From: Glaucostegus cemiculus
Taxonomy: Eukaryota
DNA: 64,000 nt
Direction of reading: 5' to 3'
Assembly: GCA_976551045.1 (NCBI GenBank)
Contig: CDPCPM010000010.1
Span: 13,020,001 to 13,084,000 of the forward strand
Below the pieces are notes generated by a model. That model saw only the letters and a program-made list of their open reading frames with translations. It did no database searches and was not told where the DNA came from. A program made the translations under genes and the position numbers. This document shows positions 48,386-62,429 of the stretch, one piece after another. How positions within the stretch are numbered: position 1 is the first letter of the stretch; every line of letters begins with the position of its first letter.

Positions 48386-51119
48386 ATCAACTTAATGCAC
48401 TTTGAAAGTATTGGAGAATGTAGTATTAGGAAGTGGTGTGATGTTTGGTGAAACTTAGTTGGAGATACTGAAATTTGTTATTATTAAAAAGGGGCTTCAT
48501 GTTTGGTGGGACCAGGGTAAATGTACAGGACAGCCAAGGTTTGTAGAACTGTGGAAGGCTATAACCTAATATCTGGCATCTCTCGAGGTGGATACAAGTT
48601 TTGGAAGTCATTCTTGGTGTCCATCTGTAGTGAACGGATGGGCAAGCCTGACAGTACTGTTGAATGCTATATATAGTAGCACTATTTTTCAAATTTTAAA
48701 AGGTTAGTGCAAACATAAAACGTAGTATTTTATTAATCTTTTCCAAGTGTGTCGCTATGCCTGTTTAACTTTTAATTATATTTCTAAACATCTAATTATG
48801 TTTCTAATTAATTGCTGTTAGAAAATGTAAATGTTCAAATCATTGATCAAATTTTGGTGATAACTATTGCTTTTTTTAAGTTTCAACTTTTTTCATTTGA
48901 TAGAACTTAAAGTTAATTGAGAAAATCTTTCCTCCTAATATAACAGCATTTAATGCTTAATTGTGTTTGCAGTTTCTAACCAGCAATGAAAGACAAGTGA
49001 TAATATTGGTAATTCCATTTGCATTAATATTTAAATATTTTAAAATCAATTCATATTAGGATGAGGAAAGTTAATGGAAAGTTAATATGAGTAGATGTTC
49101 AACTTGCTGCTGTGAAAAAACAAATTTGGCAAACAACAATGTTGACTGATCTACTTTCTGAACATGCATGGAAGAATCTGTAACTGTCATGTAAACAATA
49201 GTTTGTCATTATTTCTCTCCCTTAGAAGCATATTTCCTGTCAATTAAAATAAAAATCTCTCCATCCAATGTTTCTTGAAATGATTTTGAAAAACAATTGA
49301 CAAGAAATTGGTAGATGTTGAAGAATGTCTCAGTGGCTCAACTGACTTAAATACTGCCAGTGCATCCTGGAAAGTTGTACACACTATCAGACAGCATGGT
49401 ATGTCTTTAACAACAGAGTCATGGTTCTGGAAATAAAAATTATTAAAGTGCAGGATTTTGGGAGGGCTAATGCTTTTGAATATCATGAATAAATGTTTTT
49501 ATTTAAAGACAGTTTAAGTAGAATACTTGCTCATTATTAGAAAACATGTAAGTAAATGTTTTTATTTTGCATATTTCAGACATTATAGGTTTGAGTTACT
49601 GAGAATAGAAAGCAATGGACAAATTCTTCAGTTTCCCAAGAAAGTAGGGAAAAGGTAGTATCTCCTGGTGGCATACCAGATAATTACAATTTAGTGTTGC
49701 AGCTAAGTATTGAGATCTTAATGAAATCCATTACACTCTCTTTGCAAAATGTTATGCAAACAATTTGAATGTAATTGTGACACACAAAATGAATATCCCA
49801 ATGCACAAGATTTTTAATGTACAAATATGATTGTCAAACATTTAAAAACCATGTATAACTTAAAAACACATTTGTACGTATGTGTCCGCCAATACTGCCA
49901 TAGGAGTAAAATTTATATATGATATCGTTTTACTGACCTGACTCAGGATCTATAGGGCAGCTCTGAAAGATGAGAATCAAAATGAGAATACATTTGATGA
50001 AAAATCATATTTTAACCTTTTTGACTTCCAGCTAAGTTTAATAAAATATATGATTTGGTCCATAAATGTTTCAAAATTGATTGGCATCTTGCACCAAATT
50101 ATCATACATGGCAATATTATTGAAAATGGATACAAAAAATAATTGAACCAAATCAACTCCCTTAGAAATGTGTGGAAGATTTTACGAATGATATTATCCA
50201 AAAAAGTAAGAATATCATGCTGATTTGTTTGTAATCTTTCGTTGTAAAATTATTATTTTAAAAAATACAAACAAATCAATATTAAATCATAGGGTTTCGA
50301 TGTATAATTATCACTGAATGTTAAATTCTAGCTCTTTATCTCCAAATAAATTTGGATAAAAGTACACTCTCCTTTGTTGATCTACACTTTACTGAGTTGC
50401 AATTGAAAACATATCCAACATATTAAAATGAATCACTCAATGTGCTCTGTGTATTGAAATATACTTGAATTTTCAGTGGAGAGCTTCATAGTGGATCTAG
50501 TTTCCTTAAAATTCTGATGAAGTTTCTGTTTTCACAGAAAAATCACAAATTTCAATCGCGAAAACATTAATGATCCCAAATACCCATGTAATAAAATGAA
50601 ATCTAACTCGATCACTATAAATAAATGGTTCTAATTACAAACAGATACAATTTCAACATAGATAAAATTTTCAGAATCTCATGAAATAAATATTGAATTC
50701 AATTAATATAAATAAGTGGTTGTGTTGGATCAGCATCTATGTAATTCTTTATCATATCTTAAATGTGTGTTCTTGAATTGATTAGCTGCAAGTTTTCACT
50801 GCTCCTGCTCAACATCACTTTCGTTAACTCACCTCATACCCCTTGATTCCCTCAATATCTAAAAATCTGTTGCTCTCTGCCTTAAATCTACAACATTGGG
50901 CACTTAGTACTCCTATTTGTGTGGATTGTGCATTTTGGGCAATTTTGTTTGTTTGCTAATGAAAAGTTTGTTTGTCTTTTGACTATTGTGTGCCCTTCCC
51001 TTCCTTGATGTGTAACAAGGGTAGAAATGTCTAACTTTGGCACTCTAGAAACACTAGGAGGCTGATGAACAGAATAATTGCTCAAGCCTGGCAACCCAAC
51101 TCCCAACAACTAGCTTTAC

Positions 51120-51720
51120 AGTGCAAGCAGCATCCGACTGCTGTTTAGATGAATGTTAGTGGCCAGTCTAGCACATCTTGCACAAATCATTGATGATCTC
51201 AAAAGTATTGCCTACAGCTGCTGGACAAACGGTTACAAATTTCACTCGAATGTGTTTGACTGATTTCATGTCAAATTCCAAATCTCATTTAAAAAGAGAG
51301 ACTCAAGTTTCCTACAGAACAATGGTAGACATTTCTTAACTAAATACTTACATGATGTACCTATACTTACATATAAAGTATTTTGTAGTAAAAGTAATAT
51401 GTGCAGTTGAAAGGGTTTACTAGTCACATCTGCATCTAGTTTTTTTTTGAACCCGACTCTCTCTCAGAGTCATCCAGACACCATCTGACATGTGGTCAAC
51501 ATGTTTGAAGGAATGATCTTGAGAGAGGAATACTGCCTAAGGTATGTGACCTCAAAACATTTAGCACAGTTTTATAAAAATATGCTGTGCGTTTTTAATA
51601 TTTCACCTGATAATCAGGCATATACTAAATGTATGCACATTAAAAACAGCTGTATCACCAATCTAATCTGATCTGCAAGCACCAAAAGTGGCAGGATCTA
51701 AAAGTTGGATAGGTAGAGTT
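51120..51720 (+). mobile_element. Possible ancient hAT (Charlie-like) transposase remnant
   Basis: VASLAHLAQIIDDLKS resembles W.A.LAYLADIF..LN. LCVFNISPDNQAYTKCMHIKNS resembles the hAT dimerisation motif F.STYLCEQAFS.M..IK. Weak similarity. Confidence 0.35.
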
Positions 51721-53204
51721 GGGAGCATTATTGGGAGGGGTGGTACAGGGGTGGAAAATCCACAAACAGTAGACAGTACTGAGAAAGATTATTAAAATAT
51801 ATTGCAGGTGATACCTGCTAAAAATATTAAAAAGTTATATTTAACAAATGATTTAAATGTGATTGCATTTTCCTGTAGCAAAAATAATTTCTTTGTCAAA
51901 AAGTGGGGGCCCTTCACCCTGGTTCTGGCACTACAGGTAAGTATCTGATGCTGATTCTGCCGATTTAAGTCTCCATAAAATTCATTTCATGTTGTGACTT
52001 TTTTTTGAAAAAATCATCTTTAGTGCAGACAATTACTATTATAACTATAATGGTTTTATCATCTTAATCTCTGCAATCGCCATATTTTATCCTTGGCATA
52101 ATGACAGCAAAATTAGGCAAATGCACAACAGATCTGAACATACCCTGTAAGACTATTTAAAAAGATCACAGCATATCATATTTGCTCCTTTCTCTGCATT
52201 GGTCAAATCTGAGGAATAAGAGATTGAGATGACTAATTGTTTAAAACTGAGTACAAAATGCAAGACCAAAAGAAAGATCAGTTTTATGTAAATACAATAA
52301 TCTGATAAAAATTGAGGTAAATAACTACCATAAAATAAGTATAGAGCAGATAATGGCAGCCTGGGTAGTATGTTGGGTCTGTAGAATACAAGGATTTGTG
52401 GACTGATCTTGATTAAACATGTGAAACTTCTACCTCTTGAGTCACTACAGCTCAAAAGCATTAAGTTGGAGCATGAGTTTAAAAGATTCTGACACATTAG
52501 GGGGAGCAATGGAATTTAAATATCTAGGTACATAAATAACTAAAATCTAGGGCATGGATATAAAATAATCCAAAGGCTACAAGGATTCTGGTCATATAAG
52601 AAATACAAAAAGGATAAAATATTGTTTCAATTAGACAGAGCCTTTACAAGATCTTGTCTGAAGTTTGCACTTTAACCTTTCCACCAAAGCTGTTGGAGAG
52701 TATTCTATCATACTCCTGTCTTGTGCTTTGTACATAATGGAAAAGCTGAGAGAAATTTGGAGGTGAGTGACTTGGTACAGAATAAGCAGCCTCTTACCTA
52801 TTCCCTCAGCTGTGTGTTTTACGTGGCTGGTCTAATTAAGTCTCTGGTACATAGTGACTCCCTCGCAATGTGTATCTGGCAATATTCATGCCATCAAATG
52901 TAATGGGGAAGTAAGGTCCCCTGGTACTTCCTATTTTCTAATGAATTAATGTCCATTCATCCCTGTATTCTTTAAAATTAAAGTACATAATCCACCCAAG
53001 CTCAGGGTTTATCCTCTGAATTTGATTAGTTATTTAATATTTCTCCTCATTATTTTATATGTGTTTTGCATCATGTCCATCTGACTTAACTCCCTGGTAA
53101 ATACTAAAGGAATAATTTAATATTTATGTCATTCCCCCATCACTGCTTGATTTTATTCTGACTGCCTCTTTGTGACTCTTTTACTTTTGATGCTTTATTT
53201 ATTT

Positions 53205-53611
53205 TTTGTTCTTTATTTATTCATGGGTTGTGGATATCACTGACAGTTGAAAATGTTTGAGCCACACAAACAGTCCTTGTAGCATTTATTGTCCACCCCT
53301 TAGTGCCCCACAAAATGAAGAGACAGTTAGAAGCCAACCACGTGGGTGGGTCTGGTCTCATATAGGTGACAAAGAACAGTGGATTTCCTTCCTGAAGAAC
53401 ATGAGTGAACCAGGTGGCTTTGTTTTATGACAATCCAATAGTTTTATGGTTACTATTACTGAACTAGCTTTTCTAAATTCTAGATTTGATTTAGTTACGT
53501 GAATTTAAGTGCCCCAGCTGTTGCGGTAGGGTTCGAACTCATGTCACTGGATCAACAGTCCAGAATTCTGGCTGTTAGACCAGTAACTTAGCTATTATAT
53601 TACTGTGCCCC
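53205..53611 (-). mobile_element. tRNA-derived SINE whose tail matches the second LINE family
   Basis: Minus strand has B-box gagttcgaacc, central ctggttcactcatgttcttcaggaaggaaat, and tail gggcactaagggtggacaataaatgct...atccacaacccatgaat. Confidence 0.75.
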
Positions 53612-54289
53612 TATGTTCCTCAATATTTTCATTTTATAGGTCCTGTTGATACCTTGATTGTTTTTTTATCACTTCTCTCTTGCCATACTGATCCATGTTG
53701 CCCATTTACTTAGTGTTTGATCTTTAATTTACATTGTTTATCCCTAGTGCCTTTCTTCATTCTTTGTCTCCCACTGGTTTGTTCTTCGTTATCAACAGAA
53801 TTTTTTAAAAATCTGTGAACACCATTTTAAAAGTTTCTCATTGCTGTTCTACATTGTTTGTCAATATTTTTTTTCTTTTACATAATGTATTCTCATCTCT
53901 TCAAATTAAACTTTTTCTAATCTGGTCTTTGTCTTACTTATGTCCTTATCAATTATTCTCAAAGAACTGTATTATAGTCACTTGCCTAGATGTTTTACTT
54001 TACTGCTCTTATCTGCTCTGGTTCATTCTACATAAATAGATCCAATAGAAAAAGGAAGACAGGAGAATGGGGTTGGGTGCTTGTGAGCAGTATTTCCTGA
54101 AGATCCAGGCACAACAACAGAGCAAAGGGATAAATGGAAGCATTCCCAATGGAAGCAAGAGAGGAGCAGAAGAACAAAGGGGTGAGTGAAACGTGGGGAC
54201 TTAATTGTGATGGAATGAGGAACATATAAAAAAGGAGCTGAGCCAGAAGAATCAAAGGGGAAGAGAGAAGGAATGTTCTTCAGAGAGCT

Positions 54290-55235
54290 TCATAGCACAG
54301 AGACCGTTCTGACCAATATGGACTTCAGGTTAATACCACCTCCCATCTCCTGTTCCATAGCATAGCGAATAATGGCTTTTAAAATGCTCATCCACACAGT
54401 GAGGGTTTCTATCTCACTGCCTTTTTCAAGGAGTAAGTTCAGATCCCACTACTGATTACATTTTTAAATCCCCCTCTCATCCTTCTTTAATAACTATTAA
54501 ACTTTAATAACTATTTATTCAATTACCTGCCATAATTAATTTAACCTGCTGTATTTAATTTAATTTAAACTTCCGTAGTTTTTAATGTTTTTTTTGTTCA
54601 GTGTGTCTGTGTGTCTCTGCTGTTTGTTATTTAGTGGGACGAGCACCTGAGGAGGACGGTATCTCGCTCCTATGCATACTATGTATGTATATGGTTGTGA
54701 CAATAAAACTGATTCTGATTCTGATTCTACCACTTAATTTAACTCTAAGCTCCCTAATTATTGCCTTTTCTGCTAAGTAAAACAGATCATTCCTGTCCAT
54801 TGTCTAGATCTCTCAAAATTCTACCATTTCTATTAAATTCTTTCCTCTGTTCCAAAGAAAATAAGTTCAGCTTTGCAATCTCAAATCCTAGCAACATCTT
54901 CAGATCTTCTCTGCATCCTCTCTGGTGTTCTCACATACTTCCTGTAGTGTGCTAACTAGAACTGTCCACAGCACCGTGGCTGTGGCCTACTTGGTGTTTA
55001 ACACAGTTCTAACATGGCCTCCTCTAATCTGTATTCTAAACCTTGTTCACAAAAGGCAAGTTTGTTATGTACCTTCTTAACCACCTTATCTAATCTATCT
55101 GGTGCCTTCAGGGATCTATAGAAATGCACTAAAGTTCTCTCTGTGCTTCAAAGAATCCCACGATTTAACATGCAGTATCTTGCCTTCACAAGATGCATTA
55201 CTTCACACTTCTCTGGACAGAATTACATTCTGGAA
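54290..55235 (-). mobile_element. CR1 LINE 3' portion, interrupted at 54487-54727
   Basis: Collinear with 18915-19740 (e.g. ttcctgtagtgtgctaactagaactgtccacag, ggtgccttcagggatctatag). Confidence 0.75.
54487..54727 (+). mobile_element. LINE 3' end with (TGATTC)n tail (Rex1/Babar-like or L2-like)
   Basis: gtgacaataaaactgattctgattctgattct terminus. Removing it restores the host CR1 sequence ccttct|accactt. Confidence 0.6.
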
Positions 55236-56779
55236 CTGCAGGTAATTGTGTTATGGTATGCTTTACTGCCACAGTTATTGAGGTAACGCTGATAACATAA
55301 TTTAAAATAGAAAATATCTCTTTTTCGAATTTTTAACAAAGTTGTCTAAGAAGAATAAGATGGCAAAATTGAGATCATAGCGCAGTCATAAGACCTCCCC
55401 AGAGTCTTGTCATTTCTCTGTCATCTTATGATCATTACGACCTTTGAGCCCAAGCCAAGAGACTGTTTAGGAATATATGCGCTGCGTCTGATAACATGCC
55501 CTGTGAAAATTAGCCTATATACTGAACCCATTGCTCTTTATGTGAATTCTCAGTTTAGTTCAGCCCAGTTTGTGAACTGATCTTGACATGTGAAGTTCTG
55601 GCAGCCGCAATCTGAGTATCGCCAGAATTACTGTTACTAATCAATGCGATTTCAATGTAAAAAATAGTTATTTTAGTCTCCGGTTCCCGCTGTTAACACC
55701 TCGCGCGCCGTTCAGTCCTTGGTTTTCTTTGGGCTGCTCCTTTGAATTTCTTGTAGAGCAGCTCCTGGCGCGAAATCGAAAATAGAGATACTGAACTACA
55801 TAAGACGAAAGTTTCATAAAACAGGAGCATTTACACATGCCGCACGACCCAAAGACGCATATCTGAAATGTCATGTACTTCCAGGGATGTTTCCGTTGGA
55901 GAATACCACATTTTCAACGTCCTAGCTCTCCGATTAGCACTGCACTGCAAAATAAATCTGGGGTTTTATGTACCGGAGTTTATTTTTATCCTTTGTATTT
56001 CTACCTGTTCAATCTGAAGAGGTTGCCCAATCATTCATTACAAATCTGACATGCGAAAGACTTTGTTTACAATCAAATCCATACGATATGAGCATCGGCT
56101 GAATCGTGGCCAAGGTTTCTAAACTCTCCTTAAAATGAAGAATCCGGAACGAAATGAAAATCATTTGGCAATGAAGGTTACACTTTAACCATTTGCAACC
56201 CAGGATGTCCCTTTCGCAACAACGGTATTATAACGCTGCTCCAAAATTAACGTCAGACCTGACTGGGAATTCAAACGGATCTGAAAACCGCTCTTGTCAA
56301 TTGATGTTGCTCGAATGCATCTCGAGAACAAAAGTAATAGACGTAAGTTTTATGCAGACTGTGATTTACAGAATTGCGCGATGTTTACGACGTAGCATAA
56401 CGTTTGTTTCGCAGGTAAATCCGCTTTTAAAGTGACCGTGGATATCTTTCCAATCCGCTGTTGCGAGTGCCACTGATCTTTCAAGACGATCGATGCTGGG
56501 TTAGAGGTGATTACGTATGGTTTCGGACCAATAAAGTGACAACTGTGAATGAAATCGGTGTTCGCAAAATTTGTCCATCCCGCGTGGAACATTATTCCTG
56601 GTCATTTTAGGTCACAATCCTACGATACAACAAAGGAGGCAGACCCGCACTGAGCTGCAATCCCAGACTGGCCCAAGAGTTTACGATCATTTTTTGAGCC
56701 AATTTTTGTCCATTTTGAATCTCTTTTCCTCGCTTGACTCCATCTTGTGGATATTTTTTGTTTTTCACTCAGTGCAACA

Positions 56780-56936
56780 GCGACAATGAGCGAGCGCTAG
56801 CCGAGCCTGGTCACATTGCGGCTCGGACAGAGAGCCCGGACCCCGAGGGCAGGGCAGCGGGGGCGGCCGCGGCTCCGGCCCCGGCCCCGGCACCTGTGAG
56901 CGGCCGTACATTCGGCCACTGGGAATTGCAGTAGGT
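56780..56936 (+). promoter_or_regulatory. GC-rich CpG-island core, probable non-coding first exon of the next gene (possibly CYSTM1 by synteny)
   Basis: Very GC-rich core inside a CpG-retaining domain (~55400-59800). Candidate donors CCT|GTGAGC (56895/56896) and GCA|GTAGGT (56930/56931). Gene identity is inferred only from the mammalian order PURA-IGIP-CYSTM1. Confidence 0.5.
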
Positions 56937-59900
56937 CCTGAAATTAGACGAAGCTGGAACGCAGCTTCAAAGAACCATGTCGATAAGCCGGGGGAAACAA
57001 AAAAGGATTTTTATTTTAAACGTCTGCTTGGTTTTCAACCTCGATATCATTTTAATTCTGTTTCCATTTCAATATGGTGTAATTGAGCGTGAGTCTGATC
57101 CAAGACAGGCTGTTAATGTCGATTTTAGAGTTTATTTTGCTACTTTCGATTCAAACAATATCGGTTATTTTATGTCCCATGAACAAGAACCTTGCAGCGT
57201 TACAATGACTTGTGATCTTACGGTAAACGCTTTAGTAAGGGATAACTATAAAATTCCTATGCAGTACAAATCAATGGGAACAACACAGCCCCAACTTAAT
57301 TATTTGTCTGTGTTTTACACCAGGGCATATTAAATACCGTAGAAGGTATAACAACTTTTGTTACTACGTCAAGGGATAGATGGCTAGTCAGGAGGTACGA
57401 AATGCTGCAGTATGTTAAATTGAAATTGGGGCGGGGATACAAATAAAACGTCAGCGCAAGGAGATACCTGGTAGTGAAAGAGTCGCACATGGACGGGTAT
57501 TCGGAATGAACCCGTTGTTGTTTATCTCATCCGTCAAAAAAAAGGGTTAAATTATTCGCAGATTTGGGAATGGTATATGTAACTGGGCGATAACTGGAAA
57601 ATCTATCAAAGTAACCAGTTTGCCGAAGGGTTTCTCCCCCGCCAAAGAAGACGTGTATTTTCATCTATATTTAAGAGAAAAGAGCTGTATTTAACATTGC
57701 ATCAGGCAGCATCGTGGGATTTCTATTAGGTTATGTAAACTGTTCACTAAATTGGGGTCGGCCAGGAGTTGTTCTAAAATTAATATATAACATGGACATT
57801 CGCCCTCAAAATGGGAACCGGGTTGCTTTAACCAGTGTGATTTGCATAAAGAAATCGTTCGGTGCAAGTATAACAAGCTGTATACCTACTAAATTGGCAA
57901 TAGTGAATCATCAGAATGCACATTTATTTTCCGGCCGCTTTCCATCGCGACAGAGATGGCCATAATTTTGCAGCTCGGTCTCATTTACTTCTGGCCGGGA
58001 GCTCTGACGTTTTGATGAATCAAGGATTATAACAGTGGCTTCCTTGGGGGCCGTAAAGGTGGTTAAGGATGGAAATGAAGGCATTTGGTGGCGGCCCAGA
58101 TTATATTTTCTGTGGGACTCGGAGGAGCACCCTCTTCTCCAGACTACTCAGTGATAAACTAAATATATCCAGACCGAGTCTTTGCAACCCGTTATCCAAA
58201 ATCTGCCCGGAACAACCGAGAACTGCAGCAATTCTTGGGGTGTCGGGAGCTGACCTACATACCGAATTCGCTCTGTTCTGTGAAACCGACGGGCACTTCT
58301 GGTTCAGCTGTCGGGTCTTTTGAAGCTTTGAGTTTATTATCACCCTTAATCAGCCACCCTAGACATAGTTACCTTTTTGTGCCGCATTGCTTGCAATCGG
58401 CTATGTAAAAGAATTAGCTTTTGATTGAAATCAATAACTAATGATGTACATGTTCAGTTACCAGTCACTGTTGAGGACCCCCGGCCGTATCAGTAGGACA
58501 CTAAAATGCGGAGAATGAATCAAAATTGATGACGCCGCACATATACAAACTGAGGCATCATCTTCGCCGGCATTGTTAACCTGGTGAAGAGCGAGAATCC
58601 ATGTTAGCAGTTTGAAAGATTAGCTATCAGTGATTACTGTTAACAACGTTTGCTAACCTCCAATACCAAAATCTTCTTGTATAGCAGAGTTATTATTGTT
58701 GATAATTATCATTCAGCTTTACAGGAATATATAACGCGCGTATAAAGTCTAATTTACGGTGTAATTTTGCCTTCCTACGTCTTTCCACTTTTGAATGTTA
58801 ACTTGATTTGGTAAATGTTAGAATATATTTTATCTATTGCATTATTTTACTCATGGTTGCAAGATTTGAATGTTTTGTGTCGGTAGCTAATATGTATTCT
58901 CTACTTTTTCCCATTCTATCACTCCATGTGCACTGGTTCACTCAGTTAAGCGCCCTTCCTGCTGGAGAAGATTGCAACATTTATGACCAGTCCCTGCCTC
59001 GCATCCCAAAGCATTATCGGACTCTCCGCAACCAATAGTTTGCAAAGCTCGCTACAAGTGTAAGGTACAAAATAAAACTCACTAACGGCCTTAAACAATA
59101 AAAAACCGGGAAGACTAATCAATAAACGGTGACAGAAGTGGAATGCCTTAATAATTTTTACAAGAATGGGAGGGATACACGTTGACTGTAGCAAATAACG
59201 TACGCTCAGTCTCTGATAGTCAGAAGCGAGAGAGCAATGCGCCTCGGTCAGAGTTCCCTTCGGTTCATTTTGACACTCGTGTTCTGCAACACTGTTCTCG
59301 GGTTGATATGTTACCGTTGCGGGAAAACTGGAGGTACTTCGGCGATTACTCTGAGTTGGAGATGTCAGCTCAACTTGGGGGCAGTCCTGGAACCTTATTC
59401 ACTCCAATCTGATACGTGAATTGTCCGCACATAATTGCGTTTACATGATAAAGTTTGATTTCACTGCTGTTGAGTATATTTGTAGTGACTGCACTAACGT
59501 TTGTTCGAGAACTTTCAAGGACGACATGACTGCCCCGAACAGAGAGACAACCAGATGAGGAGAGGGGAGGGGTAGGGTGGGGAGACATAGAATGCATGAG
59601 AGAACGGCAACTCTTTGAACTGGCACTGGTAATAAAATATTTAGATGTTCTTTGTAACTAAGAATTATATCGGTTATAAGCAGTCATTTAACAACCAATA
59701 AAGAGTCTAATAAATCAATATTCTAGTACCTACGAAGACTAGTAAGCCTTTAATCCGTTCATATTGTTTTAGCTGGAAACCTGCATCGTAAAAGGTATCA
59801 CTTTTAACTGATCCAAGCTAATTTCCTTTTGGATAATGTTTTGGGTTCCCGTTCCATGTGAAAGTGATATCTTTGATTTGGGAGGTCTAGTTAAAAGCAG

Positions 59901-60109
59901 AGCTATACTTGGCCTTTTGTATCAGAACTATGGAACATGGACAAATCTAAACCAACACCTAGAAACTGCTCCAAATGCAGATTAGGCACAGTCCCATTCT
60001 GGTTCTTCCTTTCTCCAGTGCATTAATGGGTCAGGAGCTTCTTGCTTTGGTCCTGTAGAGAATAACATAACTTATTTAAAATTTTCATCATTTCTTCACT
60101 TCACATGGT

Positions 60110-61355
60110 CTGCATCGGACTTTTCTATTCCCCTTTCTGAGAACAAGTTATTAAATATCCAACATAAACCCACTGATTTCCATAGCTAGCTTAATTACTC
60201 TTCCTTCCACCTGACTTCCCAAGTAGACTTTTCCATTGTCCCAGTTTCTGTCTTTGTCACATCTGGTTTGACAATGCTGTCATCCGTGTCAGTGTGTATC
60301 TAAAGTCTTCTGCTCAACTACAACTGACAGGGCCTTTGACCATGAACATCACATTCCAGTCATTTCTGGCCCCATCCTTTCCACTTCCTGTCAAAACTGT
60401 AATAAGGTTCCACTTATCTATTGATCAGCTTCTGTTTCCAACACCTCCACTGCTCTGCCAGCCTAACTGAATATTTTCTTTTTCTGTGTTCTAAAGAAAC
60501 CGTTCCTTCTATGAATAAAAATACAAAATAACTGTAGATTATCAAAATTTTCAATAAAAACAGAAAATGCTGGAAACACTCAGCAGCCTGGGAGCACCCA
60601 TGGAAGGAGAACAGAAACGGTATTTCAGGATTTTCAGAATCCCTGGCTGGCTCATTTGTCATCTCCATCAGCCCCTGTCCCTGTGTAAGTACTGGAGGTC
60701 CAAATTATCATCTTTTACCCTTCTCCTTTCCATTATCTGAGTGAAACAGCAATTTACTTGTCCAGTTCGTAACTTTTCTGCTGCTCTTGATGTGCTCACC
60801 TCTGTTTTAGGGAGGCAAAACAGACTAGATGACTGTTTTGTGGAACATATCCATTAAGTCTGCAAGACTGATCCTGAGCTTCTAGTCATGTGTCATTAAT
60901 TCTCCACTCCACTGCTACTCTGACTCTCTTCCCTTTGGGCTTCATTGGAACAATGTAGAAAACTATGTAAATTTGAGGAATAGGATTTCATTTTTTGAAT
61001 ATGTATGTTACAACCTTTTGAACTTTGTATTGAGTTCAACAATTTCAGATCATAACTACAGCTCACATTTTTATAGGCAGCAGCTGGTAATGCTTACACT
61101 TTTATCATTTACACCTTCTCTGGAGCTCTCTTATTACCATTTTTAGCACCCCTTTGGCTGAAAGATATGGCTTCTTTTATCATTTAATATGACCAGTTTT
61201 ATACCCTGTAATAGCCCCTTTTGTACTTTATTACACCCCCAACTTTCCCTGTATCTATACTTGTTTAAAATGTTTCATCTCCACCTATTTTCAGTTTAAG
61301 ATTAATTTAGTTTCTCTATGCTGAGATATTTTGTGACCAGCATTCCTGTTTTGAT
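60110..61355 (+). mobile_element. Old Penelope-like element (RT C-terminus, GIY-YIG), with pseudo-LTR pieces at ~60420-60630
   Basis: IPLS...IQHKPTDFHS.LNYSSFH, a degenerate SQFL.L.HI, VKQQFTC, and RLDDCFVEH. Confidence 0.7.
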
Positions 61356-62429
61356 ATCAGTACTTCAGGGGATTCAGAGCATCCTGAACTCAATATAGCA
61401 GCAGCATTTCTAAATTGTCACTGAAAGCAGAGTCAAGGGGACATTTTCATTGATTTGTACCAATGAGGAACAAGGTGAGGAGCTTCAACCTTCAGCTGTG
61501 GTGCTACCTCTAGATACTTTAAATCTTTGAATATTTATTACATTTCTTTCCTAATTAACTTTTCTCAATAATCATGTGTGGGAAGAATTATATGATTTAA
61601 ACTCCCTGTTTAAGTAAGAGCAGCCTCCTGTCTTGTTTTTCCACTGGTTTCTGTTCGATAGTTCTCCAATAGCCCTTCTGAGGAAACATTTTTCACTATT
61701 TATCTAGAGTAAGGGTGCCAAGATTTTCTCACCTCAAATGCCTATTTCATTACTGATATTCTTTCCACTCAGCTCATTGCTGATGTTGCTCTTGGCTTTG
61801 CAGGAGGTTTAAAGTCTCTTATCCCACCCACCTTGTTACCCAGTCTCCCTTTTCTTCCAAGTTCAAATTCCTGAATCTCCATCATTCTCTCTGAAATTAA
61901 GTTGTATTTCTATCTCTACTCACAATTTCCAAAAATTTCCCCAAAATTTCAGATTTGCTGCCGTAATTCCCTTTTCTCCTGAAGGTCTATGAAACTGCAT
62001 TACAGAGGGATTCAAGTGAAGTCAGTTTGCCAAATGTTCTCCAGAGCTGGAGGAAGGACAAATGGTCATGATTGTGACTGGAAGCATAATGTTCTGGTCA
62101 GATTTGGGCAGACAAGAAGTATGAAACCGAGTAAATTGTTTTGTAATCTTTATCTTGAAAGGCATGGTTGTTTAAAGTGAAGGATAAAGAAACTGTAGAT
62201 TAGTGCACAAAATTCATTGAGCTAACCTGCTGGAAAAATGGGAAACTGGTTAATCTACATGGCCTCCATTCCAAAACCAAAGTCACCCCAACAACCGACA
62301 TTAACCTCTGGTACACGGATGATGCTTGCAGATGTCCTCATTCAGAGGTCAAGCTTTAGGAGATCACCAACTCGTTCATTGAAGCAAGTGGGAAAATTGG
62401 CTTTGACCTCTGCAAAACAATGGGTCTGC

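Noticed and set aside
56871-56895. GGCCCC/GGGGCC hexamer-like run, of the type Pur-alpha is known to bind
   Set aside because: Only about two perfect units, which is ordinary in a GC-rich first exon. No evidence of a functional link.
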